From contig NW_008806276.1 in NCBI RefSeq assembly GCF_000400465.1, positions 90,001 to 122,000 on the forward strand: a stretch of DNA of 32,000 bases. The letters run 5' to 3'. Shown piece by piece: positions 21,672 to 32,000 of this stretch. Source of the stretch: Wallemia ichthyophaga EXF-994 (Eukaryota; Fungi; Basidiomycota). The notes under the pieces are model-generated. The model was given only the letters and a program-made list of their open reading frames with translations, was not told the DNA's origin and ran no database searches. A program made the position numbers and the translations under genes. Each line of letters opens with the position of its first letter. Positions within the stretch are counted from its first letter, which is position 1.

Positions 21672-22663
21672 TTAGCTCAATTTCTTCCTAATATTCTCCA
21701 CCACGTTCACAGTTCGCTTCAGAAAAGTACCAGGATAGCAGTCACTGGGGTAGTAATTGTCTGGCTTCTCAGAGATACCATTCACGTCGTGATGCGCATG
21801 CTTGCAGTAGAACTCCCTCGACATCGCAATTGGGATTTGTTCTTCTTTGGATAACATCGGAGGAAACGCCGTCGTCTGTCGGACTGGCTGCTCTGCTTTT
21901 CCACCACAAACATAGCAAATACTGGTTGCACATTTAGACTGAATGCTCTTCGCATTCACACCCATCCCCTCAAACACCGCACTAATACTGATTGGATGAG
22001 ATCTGGGGAAATTTGGAAGATTTTCTTCGTCCTGTTTTCGTAAAGTAAGTAAGAGTCACTAAGGTTAGTCTTACCCACAAGCAATAGGCATAAAGAGATA
22101 TTCGGATACTCTGTATACCTAAACCCGAATGGTCTTAGTTCGTCTAAAACAATCGTACAATCACGACCAAATTTTTCGATGATTGTACGCACTATTTTCC
22201 TCATCATTGCATCCTCTTTCCTGTTTTGCTCATTTTCCAGAGCCAACACCTCCTTTTCCATCAATTCCTCACGTGCACCGTCCGGCAAATAATGTGATCT
22301 GGGACTCCAGAAGGAAGTATTCTTTTCTTTTTCATATAGTGATAGTGCTAAGGAGGTGTCTAGCCACTCGAGTCTATGATCAGGAAGTAAAAGCTTCTTT
22401 TTCTCGCAGTAATCGTGGCGTTCTGTTGCCTCATCAAAGTCTTCCAACGTGAAGAGTAGGGAGTCGTTACCATCAGATGCGTATATTTCCTTATCGTTAG
22501 ATGCTATCATGAGTATATGCCTTGTATTGTCAATTTTGAGTTTCATCACTTCGTCTTTCAAATCATCATTAAGCTTCCTGGCTGACTGTAGGTTGACTGT
22601 ATCTGGGAGAATGTAGATGAATTTGAAATCTGAATTCAAGGCTTTGAATCTGAGGAGCGGCAT
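21672..22663 (-). CDS. Tandem family copy B, intact 314-aa protein of unknown function; exons 22663-22079, 22031-21672
   Basis: A 47-nt GT-AG intron (22078-22032) joins ORFs 21956-22663 and 21672-21977 into one uninterrupted frame homologous to three neighbouring copies. Confidence 0.8.
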
Positions 22664-22929
22664 TGGGCTGAAAGATAATGGCTGTCAAGTGATGAGAAAT
22701 ACAAGTGAGACAATCAGGAGTTACACATGACTTTGAATAAACTGATGAGAATCTGGCTCCTTGGGAGAAAACATGTAGCAACAAAGACAGCAGAATCAAC
22801 AAATTCATCACATTAATTATTATATTACTCACACATCAAACATTTTCAGGAGTGTGAAAATTTCAATTCATATTTGTAAGACAAAATGCAAGGAATGAAG
22901 CTTGGTGCGGGATACAAATATTCTTGTTT

Positions 22930-23893
22930 CAGGTGGCTCTTAATTTTATCCATTACATTGACTGCGCGCCTGAAATAGGTACGCGGGAGGGGTCTGACTG
23001 GTTCATCAGAGATGCAGTCGACATCGTAATGGTCTTTCTGGCAGTAGACCTCCTTGGTAAGCCAGAGTGATAATCTCTGTGCTCGATTGATTTTAGGTGA
23101 AAGTATCTTACTGGTTACGCTGGTGTTTTGACCTTCTCAGCATACACGTGGCAGAGACTAGCAGCAGCTAAGGAAATGGTGCAATTTATCTCGACGCCCA
23201 TATCCTGGAACACACCCTTATTGTGATAGGAGGGGTTTTGGATACGTCTCGAAGATCTTCTGTCTGTTTGAGAACGTCAACAGTACATTGTACTAGAGGA
23301 CGCCTGCCACGTTTGATAGGAAGAATATGTTGAGATATTCAGTAGTCCTCCTACGGAATGGTCTCAGCTCATCTAAAATGATCATGCAAGGGCCAAGCTT
23401 GTCAACAATTTCGTCCGCTATTTTCCTTACCTCTACCTTTTTCTTATGGACCTGCTCCCTCTCAAGAATTAAAGCCTCGTCCTTCGTTATTTCGCCGCGC
23501 ACACTACTCACAATTTCGCCTTGCCAACTTGAAGTGCAAGAGCTGAAATTCTCTTGTCTCTTTTCCTGACATTCTTCTATAAACTGATGAGATGGAAAGG
23601 GGAAACAATCTAGCTTGTCGAGTGTGGATTTCGATAATAAGAACTCCTTTTTTCTATAATATTCCGGACGACCAGTAGCTTTGTCAAAGTCCTTCAACGT
23701 AAACAATAACTTTATATTCCCATTAGACGCGTAGATTTCATAATCATTGGATGCTATAGCGACGACGGGCTTTGTGCTGTCTACTTTGAGTCTTGTAACA
23801 TCACGGCGCAGGTTTTTGCGATGCCATCTGGCCGTTGGTGCGTCGCCGGCTCAGGATTGAAATACAACACTGCGTGGGAATTTTGGGGAACAT
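22930..23893 (-). pseudogene. Tandem family copy C (frameshifted)
   Basis: IASNDYEIYASNGN, FTLKDFDKAT, IVDKLGPCMIILDELRPF, GVFQDMGVE, WLTKEVYC and TYFRRAVNVMDKI occur in different frames. 1-nt deletions near 23845 and 23216 and another shift near 23120. Confidence 0.8.
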
Positions 23894-24057
23894 TGGAATA
23901 GAGGTGGAGGTGGTTGACTGATAGGGCCGAATGTGGGGTGTGGGGGAGGCTTAAGAAATTAGTAAAATAATGGAAGTAGATTGAAGATGTTTCAACAGTA
24001 AAATAAATACATTTCAAACACTGTAGCAGCAAAAGGATAGCAAGTCGAGTAAGCAAA

Positions 24058-24990
24058 TTAGAGGAAATCATTTATAATATTCTCAGTAACCACGAAAGTG
24101 CGGTGAAAGTATGTTCCGCTGGTACCACAGAATATTTCCCACTTTCTAAGGACAGCGAGTGAGTGAATGTTGCTGCAGTGGAGGTCATTGTAACATCGAT
24201 TCTCTTCGCTAGCAAAACACAGTGGCACTTGCACTCTATTCCCGCGCATGGGACAGAAACTAGCTGATGCTCTGGTATCACTCGTCTTCACCTCGACACC
24301 CTTCTCCATGAGGGCATCTTTGATAGTATAAGATGGGATCTGGCTTGAGTTAGTGGGGTTGCTTTATTAGCTATTGAAATACCTCTTTTAACACCAACAC
24401 ATCGAGATACCCATCTAAGCGAACACCAAACTCACATTGAACATCAAAAACAACAACACCCCTGCCAAACACACTGTCAATTTCGTCTGCCAACTTCCTA
24501 AACTCCTTTTTCTCCTTGTCCGTCTGTTCAACTTCAAGGAGATTGATAAAAGGCTGTGCGAGGTCGTGTTTGGTTCTTTCATCACAACAAGCCGCCAGGC
24601 TTCATTTTGTGACTGCAGATCAGCGTGCTGATCATTTGCGTGAAAATTGCGCGGGGATTTGCTGTATGAGTCGAGGCATGCGAGCGTGTAGTCGCAGAGT
24701 TGTAGCTTCTTGTTTGATCGGAAGCATTTGCGATCTACTGCCTCATCGAACTCTGTAATAGTGATTCTAGGCGAGATATTGCCGCTTATGGCAAAGAACG
24801 AGACTTTGCACGTGTTAATTATTGCGCATAGGGCAGCGCCGTCCAGCTTTAGATTTAGCTCTTCAATGTGTGCCTTTTTTCATCGGCAAGCTCTGCTGCT
24901 TGGATCTTTTTGCCGGCGTGGGGGTTCCAGATAGAGAAATACTACATTGTGGTTGTGTAGTTCTACAAATGAAGAGATTTTTGCGGACAT
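24058..24990 (-). pseudogene. Tandem family copy D (most diverged; premature stop and frameshift)
   Basis: MSAK..NHNVVFLYLEP, TGA at 24880-24882, FFAISGN..TITEFDEAVDR..KKLQLCDYTLACLD, a frameshift near 24590, RKLADEIDSVFGRGVVVFD, an intron at the shared position, and GTYFHRTFVVTENIINDFL*. Largely missed by the ORF track. Confidence 0.7.
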
Positions 24991-26346
24991 TGCGTGTGTT
25001 GCTGATCTGTGTGGAAATTCGGGACGATCGTGGGAGAGCGAGTGGCTTCAAAGTTTGCAGCTGAGTGAGTTTACTGGGATTTTATATTGATGTGAGTTGT
25101 TAAATTGGATTCTTTTTTATCTGCCACAATATCTCATCGTATCGTTGAGTTTTAGCGTGGTCGATGTAGTGTGTGCGGTATTTGTGTTCAGGCTGGCGTT
25201 AGAAAATAGGTAAGAACGTGTCATTTATACTTTGTTATTATTCTTATTTCAAGGGTATTGTGGGTCGACTGAGCCACCGGTGCATCTTATACATCTCTGC
25301 GACACCACCCTAATACGTGCAAGACACTGATAAGTGGCTGGAGATTCAAATCAGCTCCATAATCAACTATTTTAACCACTCACATTTTATTATATGCAGC
25401 AATACCGTGATAATTGCGTGATTCCAGTGATGAGATGGTGTCTTACTGAGTGAGATTCCAGGATCCACTATCAAATAGAGTAACGACATGTTAGATAGCG
25501 CAACCTTTGAAACTACCACGTCCACTACAATTACCACTTCAAAGTACCTTCACAGCTGTGTAGCTGTAGCCGTCGACTACGACCTGACTGCAAGGCACAG
25601 CTAGATGCGAGATAGATGTATCCGATAAGTCTAAAAGGGGTGCAAGATGTATCCTCAACGCATTTATTTATGTTCAGGGCGGAAAATTTAGCGAAGAATT
25701 TCCTCCGAGATACAATGGGCTATTAAAATTGACTTGAAAGAGAATAAGACGGTGATAGAAGCAATTTCAGGCTATTTGGCTGGTTTAGACAGCAAATCCG
25801 ACTGCTTCCGTTTCAGATTTTGACATGAAGACTACAATTTGAGAAAAGGAAGACATGTCAGATCTGTGACAGATATCCCAATTACAGCTAAAGCAGTCCC
25901 CTTAACCTAATCAGTCCCTTTATAATCATCTTCCGCCTCTATTTCAACCTCTCACCACGACCGCATCAGACATCAACGGCACTGGCGTTGTGACAGATTC
26001 CACTCGCAAAGCACAGACCTTCTTTACATGCACCACATCGGTAAGGTCCCGTCTTAACGAGCGCCCAGACACCCGAAATGGAAATGCGAGTACTGTGTCA
26101 GTCGTCAGTTACTTCGGTGTGAAGGTATGGTATGGCATTAAACGTCAGGATTCTGAATAAATGCTCACAACCGATCCATTGATCTAACAATATAATGCAC
26201 ATTTCCTTTTTTGTCTACCGCTAATCTCAAACCTCGGAAGATTTGACAGAACCATGACGGTACTCATATAGTGGAATTGGATGTGCCTAGGACAAGTCAG
26301 ATTTAAACCACCAACTCGATATAATCCTCTTTAAGTTAAATCCACC

Positions 26347-27637
26347 ATGTCTGCAGAATTCGCAAAGTTGATTACTAGAGCTGGAGAAGAAGCATGTGAG
26401 TGATCATGTAAAGGAGTGTGTAGTGATTGACAGTATTTGCAGCTGTAAATTGCGGTAGCAAATACCATGACAATTCATTACAAGGGTGAGTCGTAATCCT
26501 CCTCTCAGCGTACCTCCCTCACAAATCGCAGTCTTCGCATTGGTGCAATCTTCATCGTAATGGCTACGTCAGCCTTAGGCACACTCCTTCCAATCGTAAC
26601 CGGTAGAGTAAAAGGGCTGGGATTGCCCAAGATATTCTACGATACAATTAAGGTGTGTGTGGTTTTCTGTTTTCTTATGATGTCACCGCTCACCAGCCAT
26701 AGTACTTTGGCTCTGGGGTTATTGTTGCGACTGCTTTCATTCACTTGCTCGCTGAAGCCTTTGAGAAACTCACCGATCAGGAGTGTTTGAGTGGTGCTTG
26801 GAATGATTACAATTGGGCACCAGCTCTCGCGGAAGCTGCAGTATTTGTTAGTGGAAAGTAAGCCGTTAAAAGGTCTTTACTAACCTCTAACAGTTTATCT
26901 TCTTTGCTGAATTGTGGGCTTCAAGACTCGGAAACAAGTACCTCGAAAGACGCGGGATGAACTACGACAATCACGGCCATGACAATGTTGGTGGTATAGC
27001 AGGATCTCATGGTGCAGAAACCTACACACACACCTCTGATTCTCACCCACAAGTCCATGACGCTCCAGCTACCACTATGGCTGATCAGAAATCAACTGAG
27101 ACAAACGACGTGGAGAGCGTCCACTCGATGGGCAGTTTCGGATACAACACCATGTCAATGATTACTGGTGTAGCCATTCTCGAGTTCGGTGTTTTGTTCC
27201 ACTCTGCCATCCTTGGTCTTACACTCGCAACCTCGTCATCGGATGAGTTCAGGGTGCTGCTCATCGTCATTGTGTTTCATCAAATGTTTGAAGGATTAGG
27301 ATTGGGCGCTAGACTTGCGGAGCTGCCTGTGAGGCAGACTTGGATTCCGTACACTGGAGCCACCTGCTATTTCCTCATCACGCCTATCTTTGTCGCTATT
27401 GGTTTGGGTGTTAGAGAGACGTACAATTCTGGATCTACTGCGGCTCTCATCACCACTGGTCTCCTGAACTCTATTTCTGCTGGTATTTTGCTCTACACCG
27501 GTCTGGTAGAATTGCTGGCGCACGACTTTATCTTTAGCTCGCATATGAAGAAGGCGTCCGACATGTATGTCCTGTATGCTGGCTTCTGCGTACTCCTCGG
27601 AGCTGGCCTGATGAGTTTGCTCGGTAACTGGGCGTAG
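26347..27637 (+). CDS. ZRT1: ZIP family zinc/iron permease (Zrt1-like); 5 exons
   Basis: Spliced LRIGAIFIVMATSALGTLLP, KYFGSGVIVATAFIHLL, His-containing loop, LEFGVLFHSAILGLTL, FHQMFEGLGLG and GILLYTGLVELLAHDF. Confidence 0.93.
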
Positions 27638-28022
27638 ATACGTTCCTGATACCAACGCCCTCACCCCTTATAGAATTGGAATGGTTATGATAGCCTACTT
27701 TACACTTTTTACACTTTTTAGGATTTACGCGACTTTCTCTAGTCTATCTTGTACACTTAGTTAATACATGGATCAATTGTGCAAATTTTCATGTCAACCT
27801 GGTTTAAAGTGTTCAGTCAGAGTTTACCAAGTAACGTAACGTAAGATGATATTTAACACTGCTCTTACTCTACTCAGCGGTATACGTGTTATACCACCCT
27901 CACACAGGGCACAATCATCGACACGGACACAACAGGCAACGCACGGAATGATTGAAAACATAATCAATTGCTTGGGTTGGCGTACAAGAAGAGTACGAAA
28001 GGCGTAAGAAAGATGCACATAA

Positions 28023-28543
28023 TTAACCGCCCTTCTTCTTGGAGACACCGACAGTCTTTCCTCTACGACCGGTGGTCTTGGTGTGCTGACCGCGAACACG
28101 GATACCCCAGAAGTGTCTGAGACCTCTGTGGGCACGGATCTTCTTGAGACGCTCAAGGTCATCACGCAACTTGGAGTCGACTTGGTTAGAAACGACTTGG
28201 TGGTTCTTACCGTCGCTGACGTCCTTGCGACGGTTAAGAAGCCAAGCAGGGATCTTGAAAGCGGTTGGGTTCTGCAAGATGCTGACGATTCTCTCAAGCT
28301 CATCAGAGTTGAGCTCACCGGCGCGCTTGAAGAGGTCGACATCAGCCTTCTTGATGACGACGTTGGCGTAGCGTGGACCAACACCCTTGATTTCGGTCAT
28401 TGCGTACTGGATCTTTCTCTTACCGTCAACGTTTGTGTTGAGGAGACGCAAGATATGCTGGAACTGCATATGCGGCTCTGGGGCTACGAGGCTGGCCTGT
28501 AAATTCTTAGCAAAGCCTTTTAATATTTGAGATTTCTTACCAT
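28023..28543 (-). CDS. RPS18: 40S ribosomal protein S18 (uS13); exons 28543-28541, 28496-28023
   Basis: ATG, a 44-nt intron, then [61 protein letters not shown]. Confidence 0.98.
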
Positions 28544-28653
28544 TTTTGATCTTGTACGTTGACTCGAAGGATTATTTTTTGAAATCTTCTTCCTTCAGGC
28601 GAGCGAGGCTGGCTTAAATTTTTTAATTCGACCAAGCTTCTTGGAGAAGAACG

Positions 28654-29224
28654 ATGAGGATGGCGGTGAGTGGTAGGTCTGTGCTTGGTGTTTGCTTGGT
28701 GTTTGCTTGATTTCTTGTAGTCACCCAGCAGCATCAGTAGCAGCGCGATAACTACCACCACCTCCACCACCTCCAAACATTATGTAAGTCCCCGCTCACT
28801 CCACACACGCCATCCACATGATCGAAAAGCCCACGGTTATTAGGGCTCTCTACTGGCACCTCTTATTTTAAGGTGGACACACGCACCGTCTTCCCGTAAG
28901 CTCAGCCGGCAGCTGTGTTCATCTGATGATTTGAATTTCATAACTGAATCTCGATGGCTGTGTGCAATGTTGTTTGTTGCATTTTAGCTGACGTTGTTAC
29001 AGGTCTTTGTGAATATTTTCACTTTTATAACTTTGTTTACTTTATATATACAGTTTCATACGCCTATTTTTAATATTTTTGCCTACGCTCACATTTACTC
29101 TCCCAAGCAGCCCCCATCACCCAAAACATTCGGTAAAAAGCATTTATTAGCGAATAAGCGAATCGGCGTAGTGATAAAAGAAAAAAAGAAAAAACTCCAG
29201 AAATTGAGAGGAAGAGGTACTTGA
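28654..29224 (+). other. Putative spliced transcript divergent from RPS18 (exons 28654-28665, 28721-28783, 29003-29224); ncRNA host or microprotein gene
   Basis: GTGAGT..TAG (55 nt) and GTAAGT..GCTGAC..CAG (219 nt) intron signals. Splicing keeps one 98-codon frame. Confidence 0.45.
28802..28964 (+). ncRNA. Candidate intronic structured RNA (box C/D snoRNA-like)
   Basis: Terminal stem cacaca-c-gccatc / gatggc-tgtgtg, C-like ATGATCG (28818), CTGATGA (28923), D box CTGA (28944), internal hairpins, and an oversized host intron. Family not recognised. Confidence 0.5.
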
Positions 29225-29342
29225 AAGGTAAAGTGGGTATAGAAATTCCTTAAATAATGCATCTTGTGCGAGTGAGAATTTTCCTTCTAAAGAGTGTGTG
29301 TGTGTAGAGAGAGATAGAGAGTAGAGATTGACAGTATAGAAA

Positions 29343-30456
29343 TTACTTGTTGGCCTTTCTCAAACTAAACGACCTTACGAGTTCGTCTAATGGGGAGGCG
29401 ACAGAGTGTCTATTAGTATTATTAGATTGTCCATTATTAGGTGGTGGTGGTGGTGCGAGTATATCGTGGCTACTCCTCGATTGCTGTTCCCATGCCCCGA
29501 ATGAGTGTTCCGAATGTGGGCGGAACATGGATCTATCGCTGTTGGACCGAGCGAGGAGAGAGTCGCGTCGGGAGTGAGAGTGGGAAGAGGGTGTAAAAGA
29601 GCGTCTGCTTGAGGCTGCTGCGATGGCGCCTGCACCTGCTGCACCTGCTGCTCCTGCGCCTACGCCGAGCATGTTAGAGTTGTTTGTGGTGTTACCTGCA
29701 GCAGCACCATCTGTAGCTGCACCATTTGTAGCATCACCATCTGTAGCTACACCACCACCACCAGCACTCCCACCACTCGCCAACGCCGCCTCTTGGGCTT
29801 GTTTACCACTCAAGGCACGCTGCTTGTTGCGCTTGCGAGTGAGGAGGAAGAGTAGGAGGCCGAGGAGTGCGAGTGCGCCGACGATAGAACCGACAATAGG
29901 ACCAGCAATCCACGCTCTGTCGTTGCTGCTGTCCGAGTCGCTGAGAGTCGCGGATGGAGAGGCTGTACGAGAGGTTAAGGGGTGTTTCGTGGGACAGTGC
30001 GCTGAGCTTACCGGAGAAGAGGGAAGAGGAAGAGGAGAGGGAGGAGAGGGATGACTGTAATGACTGTGATGATTGTAGAGAATGCGTAGACTGCGATGAC
30101 TGCGATGACTGCGACGAATCCAATGACTGTGAGCTGATAGAACTCTGTGTGCTCTGAGAACTAACGCTGCTAACGCTGCTAACACTGCTAACACTACTAG
30201 CGCTACTAGCACTGCTAACACCGCTCTGTATCGATAAGCTGCTGACGCCCCCACCAATCATCGTAGTTCTACCGTCCGTCGCTGCATCTGGAGAAGCGAA
30301 AGTAGGTGCTGGGCTCTGAGTACTTAAGATGATTGTTCCGGTGCCGTCGCCGCCAGCACCATCGTCACCACCATCAAACCACAAATCCCTCTTATTCGTA
30401 CGCATCAAACGCCTCGGGTTCCTCGTCAGTGAGGGTATAGAATGTGCATCTGACAT
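29343..30456 (-). CDS. Ser-rich single-pass membrane protein (Mid2/Wsc-like architecture); exons 30456-30012, 29962-29343
   Basis: A 49-nt GT-AG intron joins the Ser/Gln-rich ectodomain to WIAGPIVGSIVGALALLGLLLFLL, followed by the stop-transfer TRKRNKQR and a low-complexity cytoplasmic tail. Confidence 0.75.
30040..30235. repeat. Coding 9-bp tandem repeats (SSQ/SSV/SSA units)
   Basis: gcgatgact/gactgcgat and ctaacgctg/ctaacactg units seen directly. Confidence 0.7.
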
Positions 30457-30641
30457 GGTAATTGATAGCCGTGTCTAATTATTATTTGTTATTAAAATGA
30501 GCGTGATTTGCTGTTTTCTATTTATCTTCCTCTTGGTTCTGAATCAGATGCACCTAGCAGTCGTCGATTCGCTAAAAATTATTTTGTAAATTATTTTCTA
30601 TTTTATACAGCGCGCATTATCAACACTCATTACTCAGCTCA

Positions 30642-32000
30642 CTACACTACACTCCCTCCCTTAACCCACCTCATTCCCCCTTCCACCATCGTCACACTCC
30701 CCGGCCTAAGCGCGTGCAGTGCCAACCTAGCTCCCACCTCTCCCACTGCCACCAAACACGCGATAACAATCAGCCATATGATTATTATCGTTATCCTGCT
30801 CATTCCCTGCTCATTGACGTGTTCGTGAATGACTGTTTGCTTAATTAGTTTCTGCGATATTCCCCTAATGCTTACTTACTGTCTAACAAATCTCCCGCAA
30901 CCGCTAACCGCTCATTCAGTGTCTGTACCCGCGCTCCTATTTCGAAATAATCCCTCCCCGCATCGTATAGCGCTTTGAGTCCAGCTTCTGACCAGAATAG
31001 CTCAGGTACATCGAGCACATTACTCACCAGATTAACATCCACACGCAATTTGAATAGCTTTCCTGTCAGTCGTATAGCCTGTCGACGATCGAGTGCTAAT
31101 GTCCCTGTCGCTGCCAGTTCCTTAGGTATAGTCGATGCACTATCTAGTACTCCCAGCGTCAATTCTTCAAACGCAGACAATTTCGTCGACTGCGCTAGAG
31201 CATGTGCCAATGACAGCTTCAAATAGTGCGAATTAGTCTTGAGAGTGAAGAAATCGTTCAATATCCTCGACGATGGTATGTTACTGTCTTGACCATAGTG
31301 ACATTGCTCCATCTCCCGACTATCTGGGTGCAGAGGTCGGACTACTACACCGGCATTCACCATGTCTTGCAATATATCCCGCTCTTGACTTTCTGTCATG
31401 TTGTAAAATACTGAAACTCCCTATCGCCCAGTTGTTAGCGTTGTTAGCTAACAGACTCACACTCCCAACTTACATAGTCAAAATGTATCACCTCCGCTAC
31501 CGTATCATTCACACTTTCCAGCTGCGTCTTCCATTTCCGTTTCGGTTTCGCTTTCTCTTTCTGAGTCTTTGTCTGTGTCTGCCTTCTCGACTCAGTGCTC
31601 TGCACATCGGCATCGTCGCGAGGTTCGTCCGTGTTGCTTTCTGGAATAGCTGCAACACTCGCACTACCATTCCCGCTCTCGTCCACACTGCCAGCAACGC
31701 CACCACCCTCGCGAATAAATCCATCGTCGTCAATCCTAGGGGGACTATTAGCGACGTCGTCGAAGGGGCGCTGGTGGCTATGATCCATCTCTGCTAGCTG
31801 GGGTAGCTCGTCTGCTTCCTCGTACATATCGATAATGCTGCCCCCGCCTGGGCTACGGGAGGGGTTGCTTGAACGAATACACGAAGCTGCGCTGTATCCT
31901 GGAAGCAAGGGACGATGGTAGACTGTGTAGATAGCCTCATCGTACTGCCTCGCCCATGCATTGTGCTCCCGCTTGCTGTATGCCGCTAGACTGCGCATCT
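30642..32000 (-). CDS. RMD1: Rmd1/DUF155 family protein, 5' partial; at least 3 exons
   Basis: EVIHFDY|GVSVFYNMTESQERDIL, LKLSLAHALAQSTKLSAFEE, GKLFKLRVDVNLVSNVLDVPELFWSE, YFEIGARVQTLNERL, and last exon IIHEHVNEQGMSRITIIIIWLIVIACLV; stop at 30642. Confidence 0.9.

Noticed and set aside
20462-24990. RIP-like mutation as the cause of array decay
   Set aside because: Many lesions are indels, and the substitutions between A and C are mixed transitions and transversions. There are too few C-to-T changes in one context to claim RIP.
20462-24990. Array as transposon or LTR remnants
   Set aside because: No terminal inverted repeats, LTRs, target-site duplications, or transposase/RT/integrase motifs seen. 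The copies retain a spliceosomal intron.
26251-26261. ACCATGACGGT as a Zap1-type zinc-responsive element upstream of ZRT1
   Set aside because: Two mismatches to ACCYYNAAGGT and only one copy, so it is not distinguishable from chance.
28083-28502. Long ORFs antisense to real genes (also 140-400, 7873-8205, 9130-9801, 10408-10851, 16261-16662, 17272-17760, 29623-30054, 31273-31797)
   Set aside because: Shadow frames of recognised genes, produced by codon bias and low-complexity sequence. None has a recognisable motif.
28930-28943. ttgaatttc as an snR47/U36-type guide for 25S rRNA
   Set aside because: Only 9 nt of complementarity, and the D+5 position falls at the duplex edge. No family assignment is supported.
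30690-30803. MSRITIIIIWLIVIACLV.. as a separate secreted peptide or the signal exon of the Ser-rich gene
   Set aside because: It splices in frame as the last exon (TM helix) of RMD1.
1-32000. Functional gene cluster (stress: hydrophobin, PDI, catalase; or ribosome: RRN7, TRM1, RPS18)
   Set aside because: The genes are interspersed with unrelated housekeeping genes and share no motif. There are also no secondary-metabolite backbone genes.

Overview
Gene-dense genomic DNA from a basidiomycete fungus with short GT-AG introns, mostly 43-61 nt. The compact layout and the acidic class I hydrophobin suggest Wallemia or a relative; this is inference, not a database match. Conserved genes in order: RRN7 (5' partial), hydrophobin, Uds1-domain coiled-coil protein, CSN12/PCID2, TEX1/THOC3, verprolin, PDI, large-subunit catalase, TRM1, PDX1, ZIP zinc transporter, RPS18, a Ser-rich single-pass membrane protein and RMD1 (5' partial). 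The most notable features outside these genes are: (i) a tandem array at 20.4-25.0 kb of four ~1.2 kb copies of an unrecognised ~314-aa gene, with one intact copy and three decayed ones; (ii) a 219-nt structured intron with a terminal stem and C/D-like boxes, in a transcript divergent from RPS18; (iii) an apparent GG-AG intron in the catalase gene, plus an isolated 84-bp catalase paralog fragment downstream and a duplicated promoter module upstream; (iv) CSN12 and TEX1 head-to-head with only 54 bp between their start codons. All gene models were spliced by hand from the sequence; no searches were run.
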